The translations under genes were made by a program, and so were the position numbers. A stretch of DNA of 62,749 nt, filler included, from Bipalium vagum (lineage: Eukaryota), in NCBI GenBank assembly GCA_037834085.1. It is 3 parts of 3 records of this genome, joined end to end, with 100 filler letters (N's around TTAATTAATTAA, not from the genome) between each part and the next. Parts side by side here need not be neighbours in the genome. Positions count along the whole stretch, not along the records: positions 1 to 16,591 come from JBBMKC010104045.1; positions 16,692 to 36,678 come from JBBMKC010262910.1; 1 more part is not named here. One strand, written 5' to 3'. Below the pieces are notes generated by a model that searched no databases, had not been told where the DNA came from, and saw nothing but the letters and a program-made list of their open reading frames with translations. Shown piece after piece: positions 13,067 through 27,596 of this stretch; positions within the stretch are counted from its first letter, which is position 1; every line of letters starts with the position of its first letter.

Positions 13067-13852
13067 TTTGAACAACACGTTTTTTTTTATAAAAAAAACT
13101 ACTGAATTTTATTCCGATTGCTTTTATTCTTTGATAGATAGATGGCAGAGTATTTGACACTAATGGAGAATATTTAATCAATTAACATTTTTATGTTAAT
13201 AATAAAAATTATTTTGAAGTCTTGTTGATTAGGGGTTCCTAATTAAATTGGATTCCTAATAATAGATATAATAATGCAAATAGGATCAAAAAAGATCAAT
13301 ATTTGAACCACATATATTATTTTAATTGTTGCAATTGCTTCCGACAAATTACGAAAATTACGTCGAAGAAGTTATAAATAGACACGAACTTCGAAGATCG
13401 ATGAACACAAAAAAGATCACACTAAACAACATAAGAGACAACAAAAAATAGACAAAAAGAAAACAGAGAGAACCAACGAAGCATAAAATAGACAATACAT
13501 TTTATGATATTTAAGAGCAACATTTATTTATTATTAAATTACGCAAATGGCTGTATCAATATGTTTTACTTACCGTATGCTAAAAGTCACCTAAATTAAA
13601 TTAAACAAATAATTAATTATTAGAATTACATTATTTTAAACACCAATAATTTTTTATTATTGAGCATTAAATAATCTAACCAACCTTTATTAATATTTTA
13701 TAATAAATTATCCTAAGATCAATTAATTTTATTTTTTCGCTTCTTCTTTTCGAAATTTTTTTTTTAAGTTCACATACTAATTAGGATGTAGGATTCTGAG
13801 AAACTGATACAAATATCGTGGGAGATGTTTTATGCTTCAATTAATTGAAATA

Positions 13853-14691
13853 CAGGGTAGACTGAAGAACTTAAATCTAAAATAACTTTTAGTAAAACAA
13901 GTTTATAGATCCAAATAGCTTTTTGAAAGATACGAGCTTAAATTTATTTTTTTCATAGTCCGGAAAATAATGACTTTTAAATGGCCACCATTTTCTTGCT
14001 CATAAAGAATTTCCCTCTTTAGGGCATTTTCCATCACTGCATCCAATATCTCCTGGTTCAAGAGACTTATCTCACTTCGGATATTTTCTTTTAGCTGTTG
14101 AATTGTTTGAGGATTGTTCATATAAACCTTCTCTTTCAGGTAGCCTCATAAAAATTAATCCGGACCGCGGGGAGGCCGGGAAAATTCAAGATTTATGGAA
14201 ATCAATTTTTCACCAAGACTTCGTGCAATAGATTCATTGTTTGAGTGGCAGTGTGTGCAGTAACATCATCTTGTTGAAACCAGATTTCTTCGTTGTCTTC
14301 AACTACCAGTCGTAGAAAATTCCCAATCATTATTCTGTAGGCAGCACCAGTAATTCTTTCTGGATGCTCCTTATCATCTTCGAAAAATAAGGGTCCAATA
14401 ATTCTGTCAAATATAACCTCACGCAAAACGGTGTATTTTCGAGAATACAGTGGATGCTAGTTTAAAATAATAAATTCAATAATTTTTACTTTATTATTAT
14501 TGTTGCATTTGAATATTTGAACTGCAACTATGGAAATATTGATTAAGCTTAACAAATAACTATAACAACAAATTTGTATTTATAAACTTCAATAAATATA
14601 TATTCATAAAAATTCGAATAAAATTTAATATCAAAACTGTTGTAAAAGTTATTTTAGATTATAATTCTTCAGTTTTCCAGCGCCCTCCCTG
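13853..14691 (-). mobile_element. Degenerate Tc1/mariner element (rosa/Tc3-like), internally deleted
   Basis: TA-CAGGG...CCCTG-TA ends. IIGPLFF, WFQQDDVTAHTA and NNPQTIQQLKENI segments (ORFs 14202-14426 and 13903-14121). Confidence 0.8.
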
Positions 14692-14949
14692 TATAAATTT
14701 GCAAAGTGATATTGATTAAATGGTGCTTTTTATATCGAATATCATTTGTGAATATTAACTCAGTCATTTAAACTTTTATCGAACACGAATAAGACTTTTT
14801 AACGTTAAATTCTGTGTTGTTTGATTATTTGTCCCACAATATTAGAGAAACTTGACATGGGTTATTGCTTATGATATGTCACTTTTATAGATGAATTTTA
14901 ACTTCGAAAATAAAATGAAATATTAAAAAAAAGTTTATTCAGATTTATG

Positions 14950-15975
14950 ATATTTCTTCCAGAGTTTAAGTAGGCACAGAATTTCAGTGAATTAATATAA
15001 AAGAAGTCTGAAAATATTAGAGAAACCCGCAATATAACCGAGGCATTTGTCACAAATGCAGCTATATAACGAAAAATTCGACGATAGTTCAAATGGTTTC
15101 GAATTGGAAACGAAAGCCCTTCAATTTGAAATACATACTAACCATAGGTACTTGTCAAGGACAAATTAAAGGCATTAATCGAAGTCGATCCACCAACAAC
15201 ACCCACAGATATATGTTAAAATATTCATTTCAAGACATCCTGCAGTCTTGAATCATCTCAAATCAATGAGAAAAACAAGAACTTGACAAATAGATCCCAC
15301 ACGAATTGAAGGTAAAACAAATAAATTTCCATGAAGTATTATTATTATTATTATATTATCAATTAGTAACATTTATAACCCGATTTTCAATCCTTTTATG
15401 GCTTGTGATAATGATCAGATCAGTTATTGAACTAAGATGAAGAACCAAAATATTTTCCAAAACAGAAATTGCATTTAAAAGGTAATGTTAACCTTCTAAT
15501 GGTCACAAACCGGCTTGATTCATCACAGTAACGATTATGACGGAGAAATACGTTCAGAAATTCAAAAAAAGAGATGAAATAATTTAATGAATGTGGTCAA
15601 TATTAGTCTGCAGAAAGACCCCAATACTTTTACACTACAGCGATCGTCAAAAATTTTCAAAATTGACCCTATAAAAATTACCTGAACCAGTATATTCGCC
15701 AAAAGTTGCGCTAATGGTTTACAATTTCTACAAACAGCTTAGATTATTCTATTTTTAAGATGTTTCAAAAACCAAAGTGATGATGAAACAACCTTCAAGA
15801 AGGTGGTCGACTCCAGAAATACTGATTTTAAAGGTTTTGAAATTAACCAAATTGTTTTTAGATGGTAAAAGTGTGTACATATTAAACGATTTTATTTTAA
15901 TTAATTAACTTTATGAAGTGACTTATTTGCTTTTAAAATCAATCAGTAAAATCCATTATTATTATTTACCAACAT
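14950..15975 (+). mobile_element. Highly decayed mariner remnant (approximate limits)
   Basis: Residual IPHEL and YSP-type motifs in mariner order; no intact ORF. Confidence 0.6.
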
Positions 15976-16410
15976 ATTACTTATAAAAAATTCTTTCAAT
16001 TCTTTATAACTGAAATCACAGATTTCACAAGCTTTTTCTTTTTAGAAAACAATTTTATCACTCACTTTATTTCTGAAGACTTTTCTTGTAAGAAATTCTT
16101 CAAATGTTTTGGTTAAACTTTACTGATTTATTTTATGACTTTATAAATTAAAAGATATTAAAATTTTAATAATTTAGACAAGAAATGATTATTTAAATCA
16201 ATAAATAAACTAGCTCCAATATTTTTGGCGGTTTATAGATATTTAAGTCATATACAAACAAAAATATTGATTTCGTTCACAAAATCAATATTTTTAATAT
16301 AAAAAATTAAACATCTGATTAAATTTTCATTTTATAAATAAAATCTGAAAAAATATAACAGATATTTAAGTAAGAATACACAACAAATCAATATGTATAT
16401 TATTATTATT

Positions 16411-16543
16411 NNNNNNNNNNNNNNNNNNNNNNNNNNNNNNNNNNNNNNNNNNNNNNNNNNNNNNNNNNNNNNNNNNNNNNNNNNNNNNNNNNNNNNNNNN
16501 NNNNNNNNNNNNNNNNNNNNNNNNNNNNNNNNNNNNNNNNNNN
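16411..16543. other. Assembly gap (N run)
   Basis: 133 consecutive Ns. Confidence 0.99.
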
Positions 16544-16591
16544 GTATTATTGTATTATGATTATATTGTTATTATATTATTGTCATATTAT

Positions 16592-16691
16592 NNNNNNNNN
16601 NNNNNNNNNNNNNNNNNNNNNNNNNNNNNNNNNNNTTAATTAATTAANNNNNNNNNNNNNNNNNNNNNNNNNNNNNNNNNNNNNNNNNNNN
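16592..16691. other. Artificial contig spacer
   Basis: 44 N + TTAATTAATTAA (stops in all six frames) + 44 N = 100 nt; identical to 36679-36778. Confidence 0.95.
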
Positions 16692-17799
16692 TTATTGAAT
16701 GAACCTTTAAATATGCTTTGAACTATCTAATCAATGAAAGATTTACATTTATATAATAAAAAATAAAATAAACTATACTTGTTTTTCTTCTTTCATTTTA
16801 TTTCCGAAAATATCGCACGCACCGTATATATATATAATTAAACATATTTTTTATCTCAAAATATCGTTATTTTAAACGAGAATTGTATAGAAGAAAATTT
16901 TGAAATAATCTAAAAATATATTTAATTATTAATCAACTTTAACTGTTTTATAAATTTGGAATTTTAAGAAGAATCAACGAGGTTTGGTAAATATATTCAA
17001 AATTAACAAAATATTTTTTGTTCTGATCTCTAACTCACTTTCTGATTAAGATTATAATGTTTCATTTAGGTTTCGTTATAAACTGGAATGGGATATGATG
17101 AGTTACAGGTTAGCGGGATTCTTCTGGTAAGCTAAGTAACCGCACACAATATTAAAAATATTACCCAAAGTGCCACATAAAATGAATACCACAATTTACA
17201 ATTTAATACACAATACTTATAAAAGTTTCATGTACAAGAAGACCAATGACAATTTTTAATATAAGATAAAAATAATATGAATTGTGACAAAAATGAGAAC
17301 ATTAGATTTATTACAAAAAATATTATCATTGATATATGGTTTTCACTGCTAACGGTATTTTTTCATCCAAAATCAAAGAAGCCCATTTTCCTCGATTTCA
17401 GACATTAGTTCGGCTACAATTTTTAAAATCTCATTTTTTTGTCTTGAAATGAAAGGAAGATTAGAACTTTAATAACAATTGAAACTTCGGAAATTTGAAA
17501 AGATAAACGACACCATGTTAAGGCAATCAACGCAATTTTTGACATTTCGCAGTTTATCTTAGGCATATCATGTTGAATGAAAAATTATCCAATGTTAATT
17601 GATATTATCCATTTCTTTTGCTGTTATGTTCTTTGGTATTATATGTCTCATTTTGACATTTCTTTTTAATGTATGCGCATTCCTTTGATATTCTGATTAA
17701 ATACAAATTATTGTAAACATATTTTACAAATTGCTTTATACTTTCTATATCATATAAATCTGCATAATTTGAACAACTATTCAAAGATCCATTTCTAAT

Positions 17800-18380
17800 T
17801 TGTTTTTGAGACATGCGATAAGTGGGTTCCTTATGACAACAGAAAGTGTTCACTCAATGGAAGGAGAGTAAGATTTGTCCCCGAAACAATTTTTCATCAA
17901 AATAAGAACATGTTAACTGTTTCTTGAAAAAAAAAGCATCATTAACAATAACTTTACGTAAAGTTGTGAAAACGGTCACAGCAGTGAAGTATTCCTAAGA
18001 TCTCGGAAAAATGAACCAGGCACCTAAGTTTTTCCTGCATTTGTCAACAAAAAGAACCCAATCTGTTCGCAAAATATCTGACCACAAGTTGGGCAAATGA
18101 CGCAACAGAATTACGTTATGAAATTCTTTATCATTCACCATATTCACCTTTTTAAGCATCTTGATCAATTCATGCAGAAAAAATTCCAAAGAAAGGCCAG
18201 CGGTTGAAAATACCGCCCTAATCAAGAAATCAGAACTTTAATGCTATCAGACTAAATAAGCTTTAGTCTGAATATGGAATTTAATGGATAGTTTTAGTGA
18301 AGATAACTTTGAAAGATTTATATTGTGTTAAGGTTAGTATAATACATAAATAACTTATAATTATGCAAGAAACTTGATAT
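17800..18380 (+). mobile_element. Decayed mariner remnant (approximate limits)
   Basis: TCDKWVPYDNRK (catalytic D1 region), followed later by a PYSP-like segment. Confidence 0.6.
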
Positions 18381-18769
18381 GTTTAGAATGTAATAATAAA
18401 ATTAAATTCACAATTTTAAATAAAAAATAAATAAAATCTGCATATATTGACTTTTTACTCGGAAACAATGATAATATTAGAATTAAACATATTTATGTTA
18501 ATATTCTCAAAATTAATACGGTTTCAATGTGGTATCAACATTTATTAAAAGATTATACTTATTAAACTGAATTTTACTCTTACAGAAGCTGGAAAAATAT
18601 AACACTAACTAATTGGCAAATATTTTAAAGAAAGGTTTTAAGTATTTTATAAAAACATTGCAATTGAAATTATATTCATTAATTGTTAATGTTTTGTTTT
18701 AAAATTTAAAGAAAAAGAATTGTTTAAATATTGATTCTGATCAATATTGTGATCATTTAACAAGATTTA

Positions 18770-19140
18770 AGCAAGGGATTGAAAAAAACAGATTGAAGGT
18801 AAAGATCATTGTATTCCAATACGACAATGATATACCACACACATCTTTGAGATCCCAACAAACATTGAACGAATTTGGCTGAGAAGTAATGATGGTTCCA
18901 TCATGCAGTCCAGATCAAGCACCATCAAATCCTTTATTTATATCTCAACAGAACTCTCTCAATGGTTCAGGTCTGGGTATGAATGTGAATATTTAGTATA
19001 CTTTTCCACCAGAAAATTCAAAAACACTTTATCTGAAAAATGGCAAAAGATTATGAATGTGGTTTAAATATTTTTATTCTACCTTTTCTATTCAATTTCA
19101 ATGCTTTTAATATACTAAAAAACTAACTATTTGAGCGAAA
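18770..19140 (+). mobile_element. Decayed mariner 3' remnant (approximate limits)
   Basis: VFQYDNDIPHTS and SPDQAPS segments, homologous to the element at 27597-28881. Confidence 0.6.
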
Positions 19141-19208
19141 ACATTTTATTGAACGAAATATTTCACAATTGAAATTACAACCAAAAAATTAAAAAACAAA
19201 CAACTTAC

Positions 19209-19735
19209 TCGATGGAGTTAAGATATGAAGAGTGTAACTTGTTGTTATAAATGAGCCCATTCGTATAACGCTTGCGTTTGCCTAAAGACCGTCTTTCTCT
19301 GCGACATGACTTCAAAGTGTCATTCATTAACAAATCATTGTCAATCTGCATAGACATTAGATTTTTCGACTTTTGACGTCTTCTAAACAGCAATATAAAT
19401 TATTGGAAAGATATTGAAATATAGTCAACCTAACAAGCTTTTTACTTGTATTATGCTGCGGACCTCCATAATCAGATTCGACAATTCGTTTACTGCCATC
19501 ATATAAGGTAAGTTTTTCTATAGCTCTACTAGTCAAAACACCCTCGCTGTCTGATTCACAATTTGGCTCGGATGATCTATTCGAATAGGAAAATAAGAAG
19601 TTTCGATTCTTAGAAGAAAGTCTGGAACTGCATTTTTTTGAAGATCCTTTAAATAATATAAAACAACTTAAGATTAAAAATATAAGAAAGGATAACTTTT
19701 ATAAGTGTAGTCTTCATTGCAACTAGAAGGTGATT
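19209..19735 (-). CDS. Three internal exons of a Ser/Arg/Lys-rich, probably nuclear protein (weak resemblance to the GPATCH2 N-terminal region)
   Basis: Exons 19735-19697, 19646-19430 and 19382-19209 with short GT-AG introns splice into one open frame: ESPSSCNEDYTYKRSSKK...VESDYGGPQHNTSKKLVRRRQKSKNLMSMQID...LGKRKRY. The family assignment is tentative. Confidence 0.65.
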
Positions 19736-20429
19736 CTAACATTACTTTAATAATATTAATTTAAGAATAAGACTGATTATTTAACAATTAAATATTAGAT
19801 TATATAAATATAAATAATGAACTTAAACAAAAAGTTTTAAAAGAATTAATTAAAACGTATTATCAAAAAATTTTATTTTCGAAAATTATATAATTTTAAC
19901 TAAGGCCTACATTATTATTATTTTTATTAAAATCAGAAAAAGTCAAAAAACCATCAAAATACAAATGTAATTATATAAACAAAGAGAATTAACTTAGAAA
20001 TTGTTTTCTGTGAAATATTGTATTATTATGATACATTTTAAGATGATACGTATTTTTTCAAGAAAGTTTTATAACTTTTGAGAAAAAAATTATTGCTTCA
20101 TTAAATTAGTATAAATCTATTGTGTTAAGCATCTTGGATGTTTAATTAATTAATTAACGATAATAGTGATTAATTAAATTGAACTTAAAAATTCTGATTC
20201 TGTTAGACTTAAAATATGACTATTGAAAACCATAGAAATTCTACTGATGATAAGAAAAGTTTTACTTAAAATTTTTATATTAATTAGAGATATAGTCATA
20301 GTAGAAATCAAATTACGTAATTTTTGATTTTGCTTTTACACTTTAAATCACTTTTTCTACTTATGTAAAATAGTACAGATTTATATTTGATATAAGTTCT
20401 AATTAATAAAATAATCAATTCATTTGAAA

Positions 20430-20690
20430 TTTATGAACACGAGTGGATTGTGTGTTAGCCAGTGACTTCAACCTGACTATGGGATCGAGATTGGAGAGTT
20501 CCGCTTCAACCACATATAGTTAATCACCAAAAGATTTTATTTTCGTGGTGTTGATAAATACCAAAGCTTCATGATCCGTTCTCAGAATGAACTGTTTTTT
20601 CATATAGATAATGCTTGAAATGGAGAACAAATTCATAGATTGATAACATACTTTTTCTGGTCACACAATATCCCAATTCATGAGTAGATA
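20430..20690 (-). mobile_element. Decayed mariner fragment (approximate limits)
   Basis: HELGY...KSMLSI and HEALVFINTTK segments positioned like the central part of a mariner transposase. Confidence 0.4.
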
Positions 20691-20726
20691 AATGTCTAGA
20701 GGCATAAGCAATCACTATTTAACTTC

Positions 20727-22609
20727 CAAATAATAATATTAAGAAAAATGATCACAATAATCCTGATGAGGATGGCTTTACTATGGTAAAGAATAAAGAG
20801 ATCAAGATTTGATATGAACAGCTTTAATATTCCAAAGATTATTAAAGTAAATGATAATAAATCATCCATTATCAACAACGCGAATAATTTTGTTGTCAAT
20901 AAAGTTCGTATCAATGATGATACTTTTTCTATTAATAATATTAATTCCAATCATTTTATAAATTTTTATCATAAAAAATCAATAAAAAATTCTGAAAATT
21001 TCAGTAATTTTAAAAATTTAAATAATGCTGAATTTTAAATTGATTTTAATAAAAGGTCGATTAAAAATAAAAGAAACTCTACTAATAACAAAAATTATAA
21101 CCGTAAAATATAATTTCCAAACAATATCAGTCACTTCATCTCTTTTGATAATAAATTTATTGAATATTACCAACTTTCTGAATCGGGCTTTATTAACAAA
21201 AGTTGTTGAGGTTCCCCCGTCAATCTCCAAATTGTTATTCTCACTTTCAAATGATTTTTCGAAAACTTTTTTTCTTTCAGACGTAGAGAAGAGGACTGGG
21301 GAAATAAATAACATTGGTAATAAATTATTAAGAAATTAAGACTTTTTGATTAGAACAAAACTAAGATGTGTTAATGGAAAACTCTTTTTTTTGAATTTGG
21401 TTCCATCTAACCGTGTCATTCCTGATAGAATTCATAAATCCTTAATTCAACTACCACGAAAAAATAGTTAAGCTTCAGCAATCGTTTCCTATTCTAAGCA
21501 AGCATTTATTTTTACAAAATTACTCTAATCAAATTTGTGATCTCATTTCTAAACTTAAAATTAAAACTAGTTTCTCGTCCAATGTTTCATTCTGTGATGG
21601 GGAAATATTTGAAATTTCTGATAAGCTTCATTCATTTGAAAATTTAAAAAATTCTGATTTCTTGTTTGATTTTGGCAAAATCCATATATTGAATTTATCC
21701 AAGTCGGATGAGAAACTGAACCAAATTCTGAGACGGGATAATTGTCTTATTAAACCATTTTTTGATAACACTTCATCTGAACTATCTCTTCTTGAAAAAT
21801 AAACTTTTTTTCAGAAAATTTTCGCACACTGATTATGAAATGAACTATATTCGTAATCTAGGTTAATTTTTTCGATTAGATCATTAGATAATCTCAACCC
21901 TCTTTCAATGACCGATTCTGTATCACTGGGTGATGAAATTGTGTACAAATTAAACATAAAATCTAAATTATACTCAAAGACGATTAAATTTCTGGTTCTT
22001 TCTCAAGATCTTTTTAGGTCCAATAGCGTACTAACCCCTGAAATGATATTAAAAATAAATTCGTTCATGAGATTTATAGAGATAAATAGTGATGACATTC
22101 TCACCCAATTTGAGACAGTGTGCCAATGCAGTAATGCGATTGACGCTTTCAAATCTCAGCCTGAAAATACTGAGAAAACAGAGTGCATCAAAATCGTTTC
22201 CGAAAACTTCATAATAAGTAAATATCTTTCTCTGGTGAGGAATCTCGAAAATTAGTAAATTAGTTAATTCAGTAAATTAATTTGCTCATCAAAAATCTGG
22301 ACAGATGTCAGAGAATTAATTGACTTTTTGATAAACTTCCTCACTGATCTTTGGGAACAAAATCCTTCTTTCCAATCATGCTGTCTGCCAATGAAGAAAA
22401 ACATGACTAATGATTCGAGTTTAAACCTTCTGCAAACCTTCCTGAAAAAACTTGGCACCGTTCCACCCCGGAAGTGTTGTAAAATCTGTAAATCAGATAA
22501 ACTGTTGGATAAAATTATAATTTAAAATGAAACTGAGACTTTCTGTAAGCCTTGTATTTTACTCATAAATAGACATGCTGAAAAGACCAACAAAAATCGA
22601 ATCAATTAA
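20727..22609 (+). pseudogene. Long disrupted intronless ORF with a C-terminal CxxC...CxxC motif; unidentified, probably element-derived
   Basis: Successive ORFs (20814, 21025, 21908, 22328) chain through isolated stops and frameshifts from NPDEDGFTMVKNK to KCCKICKSDK...FCKPCILLINRHAEKTNKNRIN*. Confidence 0.45.
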
Positions 22610-24839
22610 TGCAAAATTTTGTTTTTGTTAAATTTTAATTCATATAATAAGCTTGCTTAGTGAACAAAGAAATAACAGAAGGAAAACTTAATACAAAACA
22701 TATATGTAGCATAATTTTAATGATATTATATTTAACCATTAAAATTTTTATCCTAACCAAAAGTGCATAATGAATGAGCATCATCATGATGAATTCAGAA
22801 ATATGTTACAAAATCCACTATTTTTAATAACTCAAAACTTTTTAAAGATTGTAATAAAAGGAAAATATAATTTTAACTTTATTAAATAAGAAAAAAATCT
22901 TGAACTATATTTAAACGTCTTATGCTTATTTTGTTTGTATAATCCATTGTAACAAATCAGATTAGAGAACAATTTCAAAATGTGTTTTAATACTCATAAC
23001 TAAATGCTTAACGATGCCAATGAATCTCTTATGAAATATAAACTAATTTTTAACAATCTTAAGGAATGCTACAAAATTATTCTAAATTTCATTTTCAAGA
23101 GGATTTTATTTATAGTATTATTATTACTATTCTCAATTTTATGGTAAAGAAAATTTTCTTTAAATAAATAAATTTTTCAAAATTGTCAGTCCATTCAGTA
23201 AATCTAAATACCATGTCTTCTTTATAATCCTAATTTTTTTAATGTCTTAAATGATAAGGATACTAAAATGATACAATAATGTAAGATTATTATAATCCAA
23301 CAACACTATGTCATGAAGGTGATCAGATAGTATTATGTTACCCAATCCTTTGACTTAAGTAATTATATCTATAAATAAATTTGTTAATTTTAGATGAATT
23401 ATGCTTTTTGTTCAAGACATTTCGACTTTGAAGATTGAACACTTTTATAAAATTTCAAATGAAATATAATACTAAAAAATTATTAATAAACATTGTTAAT
23501 TATCTGAACTTAAGTTCAAATAGCTCAATTTATTAATTGCAATATTATATTGAAAAATACAAGTGAACACTGATCGGTATTATTGGATTATTTCTAAAGT
23601 TGATCATTTTTACAATAATCTTACAATGGAAGCGTTTTGTTTTTGGAACACATTTGTCTTCGGTATTTATTTATTTGGTATATATCAGGAGTGGAGAGCT
23701 GAAAGATGAGAACTTTTTCCGACAATTTCAAACGTTGAGAGAAAATTAAAACAAATAAATAGGTGGTTTTATATAAATATCAATAATTTACCAACCAAAT
23801 TTGACATTAAAATACTGGTATTTTATATCTCTCAACAATCATATAGCGTCCAGCACAATGACGATATTGTAATATATGGATCTTGTGTTTTGCGCACCAG
23901 ATAAAGAACCTAAATCCTTTCTCGCAATGAACCCTCAATTTCTGATCTTTTTATCTTGGATCCTGAAATTTGTTTTTTCTACACTGCTATGATTAAAAAT
24001 ATTATGTTTATAATATTCTTTTTAATAATTTTTTAGAAATTTTGGATGGTTTTTTATTATTTAATAATAATAATAATAACAATAATAATAATAGTAAAAA
24101 TTAAAAATAATACAATAAAGATTGAAAGCCTGGAATTTTTTATGCAATTGTAAGTTCAAAGATACATTACTTTTAAGTTCAGGCCAGAACGAATCCTCTA
24201 CCGTATTGTCTTGGTTGTTGAGAAGAGAGAATAAACCCTCCAGCTTCTCCCAATTTATGAATGCCTTTTGCTAATCGTTGTTTTTTTTATGATAAATACT
24301 AAAACAATAGATATCTACACCAAGAATTTTTACTGAGGACTCTATCGAGATTGAAAATTGTCTTATAACCAAAAGAAAACAAGTAGAATATCGAGGAACC
24401 TGAGTTGAAGTCAACAAAAATAATTCATTATTGTTATTTAATATCTCAATTTTCTTTTTGAATAATTTGGTTTACTTAAAAAGAAATAAATTTATTAAGG
24501 TAATTTATTGTTAATATTATGTCAAATTATTTTTCATAGAATAATCTGAATCAATCATGTTACACTGGTGGTGATTATTGACTTTTTAATAATACGAATT
24601 CTAATATGATAAATTGTAAATTAAATTTTTAGGTAAAATCTATATAAAAGACTCTGATAATTGTTAAATAATTAATTATATTATTAAGTTTAAAAAATAA
24701 TGTCGGTTTTACCTTCAACTCTTAATGTATATATGTCAATAAAAACAAAACTTTGATTAAAATTACCATTTAATTTTTTAAAATTTTTTACATTTTGATC
24801 AACAAGACAAATTTTTATTTTTGCGAAAATGATGATGTG

Positions 24840-25600
24840 GCATGATTTCATAGTATAACTTGTTTAATTTTGGTAGCGTCAATTATGAGGCTGAGCGTTG
24901 TGAATCAGAATGGGTTCTTTTCCATTGACTAAACCTGGATGATGTGGTGGAAGTTTTAGGCGCATTTCGTCATTTTTGTAACAGTATATGTCTATTGTAG
25001 TCTTTTCCTTCAGATTATAGAAACTATGATGAATGAGACTCTAGACAGGCAACCAAACAGTCATCATTTTTGTTGTTGTAATCTTAGGTTTGGAAAATAT
25101 TGTCGAGCCCGATTATAGTTGAATCATTGAGCTGACATCCGTCGGTTGTCAAAAATTATCTACTTTAATGGCAGATCGCAATCCGACAGAGAAGAAGATC
25201 ATTATCGTTGAGCCACACGAGCATAGACAACAAAATTTGACAGTTTTTCTGATTTTGTTTAATTCGTGTTGAACAAACTTTCAATCTTTTTTGACTTACA
25301 CAGTTCTGCCAGGTGCTTCGAAATTACTCTAATTGAAATAACAAAATCTGCTAAGTTCTCAAACTGGTGTACAAGGATTCAACTCGACCAAATCCTTTAA
25401 TTAATCATCATTTAAGTCCTACTTCATCTTTGATTTATTCATCTCCATAACGAAACTATTAGAAAAAATGTTGTAGCGCACACTCGTTTAGCAAATAACC
25501 CTTTAATGTTGCTACTTGCTACTCTGCTTTGTTACCAATTTTAAACTTGAATAACAAAGTGATGTGAACTTGGTTATTTTCCATATTATCTTTTAAAATT
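24840..25600 (-). mobile_element. Decayed mariner remnant (approximate limits)
   Basis: Minus-strand LSDCDLP, RPVSSLI-type and downstream transposase-like fragments; no intact ORF. Confidence 0.45.
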
Positions 25601-25899
25601 AATAACCACGTAATCTAAGATTAAATAATTACGCAATACCTACAGAAATATATTGGAAATCGAACATTTTAAAATGATAAACAATATGAATTAAAATATT
25701 ACTAAGGATGTCAAAATCAGGAAAAACACTGAGTTAATTCTGTTGATTACTTTGTTTTGTATTTATATCAATATCAGATTGTTTTATGCATTTAATTTGT
25801 CTTATTTTTAAAACTTCGATATTAAGGCTAGTATTTTCAAATTAATAACAAACATAAAATATTAAACTGATAATTTCATATTTTTAGAAATTAAGAATG

Positions 25900-26520
25900 T
25901 TAATATGAGCAAGCAAAAGAAAATTTGCGGTATTCCATGCTTCTATTATTCAGAAAAACTCCAGATGAAAGCCATCGTATAATTTTGGAAGCATATGGTG
26001 ACCTTACTCTTTCTTAAGATACCTTTGAACAATGTTCAACATATTTTGAAATGTGATTTTGACTTAAAAGATAAAGAATGTCAAAGTTGAACAGAATAAT
26101 TGGAATCCGATTTGGCAGAGAATACCAAAACACAAAAGAAAATAAGCAAGTAGTTAAATGTCTATCAACATTCCAGTTGCGAACCCGGTGAAACAGCAGA
26201 CAGTAATCTTTATGCTCAGTAATTGCTAAAATTGAATAAATTATTGAAGCAAAAACTACCAGAATTGATTAATAAACAGAGTACAGCGATTTTGTTCCAT
26301 GAAAATACTCGATGCCATGTGGCTTAATCTGCCAATGAATCGATAGAAATGATAGTCTCCAGATATAGGCTCATCAACATATAATAATCTCTTGTTTAGA
26401 TTGATGACAAACAGACTTCATGATAAATGCTCCCATAATTATGAAGAAATCAAAAAATAGCTGTAGGAATAGATTTTGGCAAATTTTGCATCTAATGATG
26501 GGGAATATCATTAATTAAAA
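25900..26520 (+). mobile_element. Decayed, internally deleted mariner (approximate limits)
   Basis: EAYGDLTLS, FDLKDKE, ILFHENTRCHVA and SPDIG fragments. Confidence 0.6.
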
Positions 26521-27596
26521 TGTAATAATGTTTTAAAAATATCAGCAGTCTCGTCCGGATAAAACAAAATCAATTTTTATTTCGAAAAATTGGCCATTAC
26601 GAAAAAAGTTACTGGCAATAGCTTCTAAACAAAGAATAATATATTAATATTCCGAAATCGGTTATTACGAATATTTTTGTGGCTCATGAAAAGTTTTATA
26701 TGAAGGACGAATTTTAGTAAAACCTAATATTTATGACAAAATAGTTAAAATAAATGATTTTATATTTTTTTAAAACTCCGCAGAATTACCTGGTAAATCT
26801 AGGAAATTATATTTATAAAATAGAAATTATTTTTTTAAAAAGCTAATAATTATTAAATGCATATGGTATATGGTATATTGTTATTATTATTATTATTATC
26901 ATTAATTTGATTACTATTATTTTTATAATTATTAATAATATCACATTTATTGTTATTGCTATTATTGTACTATTTTATTACAATATGATTAATTCTGTAA
27001 TAATATTTAGCATAAAAATAATGAGGATGAGGAAACCCACTTTATATGTCTAATTAAGATTGTTTTTATCATAATTAGGTAATTCAAAACGCATTGAATA
27101 AATAAAATAATTAATGAGGTGCACATATGTGATGAAATAATTAAAAAAGTTCAATTTGATTTGACTCTGATTAATTTAATGTCGGGAATTTCTTTAGAGC
27201 TGTTGGTGAGGTAGGATGATTGTAAGGAGAGAAACGGCAGTGAAATTATTTCACAGAGGTTTTTTCATGATCAAGCGAAGATCTTAAGAGACTGGAATAT
27301 ATTTTTTTTATACATGAGCATTATGTTTCACTATTTAATAAGCAAGACTAGATTAGATTTTGAGTTGGAAGAATTTAACTAAAAGATCTAAAGGTAAACC
27401 TGAATACCATTTTAAATAAAGAAATTACAGGTTCGAAAATGTTCCTCAATACAAGAACAAAATAAATTTTCAAGTACAAAAACAACGCCTAAAGTATAGG
27501 ATACCAATGGTTTTATTCAAGGAAAACGTTTTTTGGACATTATTAGAAAAATCTACAATCTTAGGATGATTTTTAATGAAATCTTGAAAGCATATA

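Noticed and set aside
16636-16647. TTAATTAATTAA palindrome as a biological motif
   Set aside because: It is centred in exact 44-N flanks twice, so it is an assembly linker.
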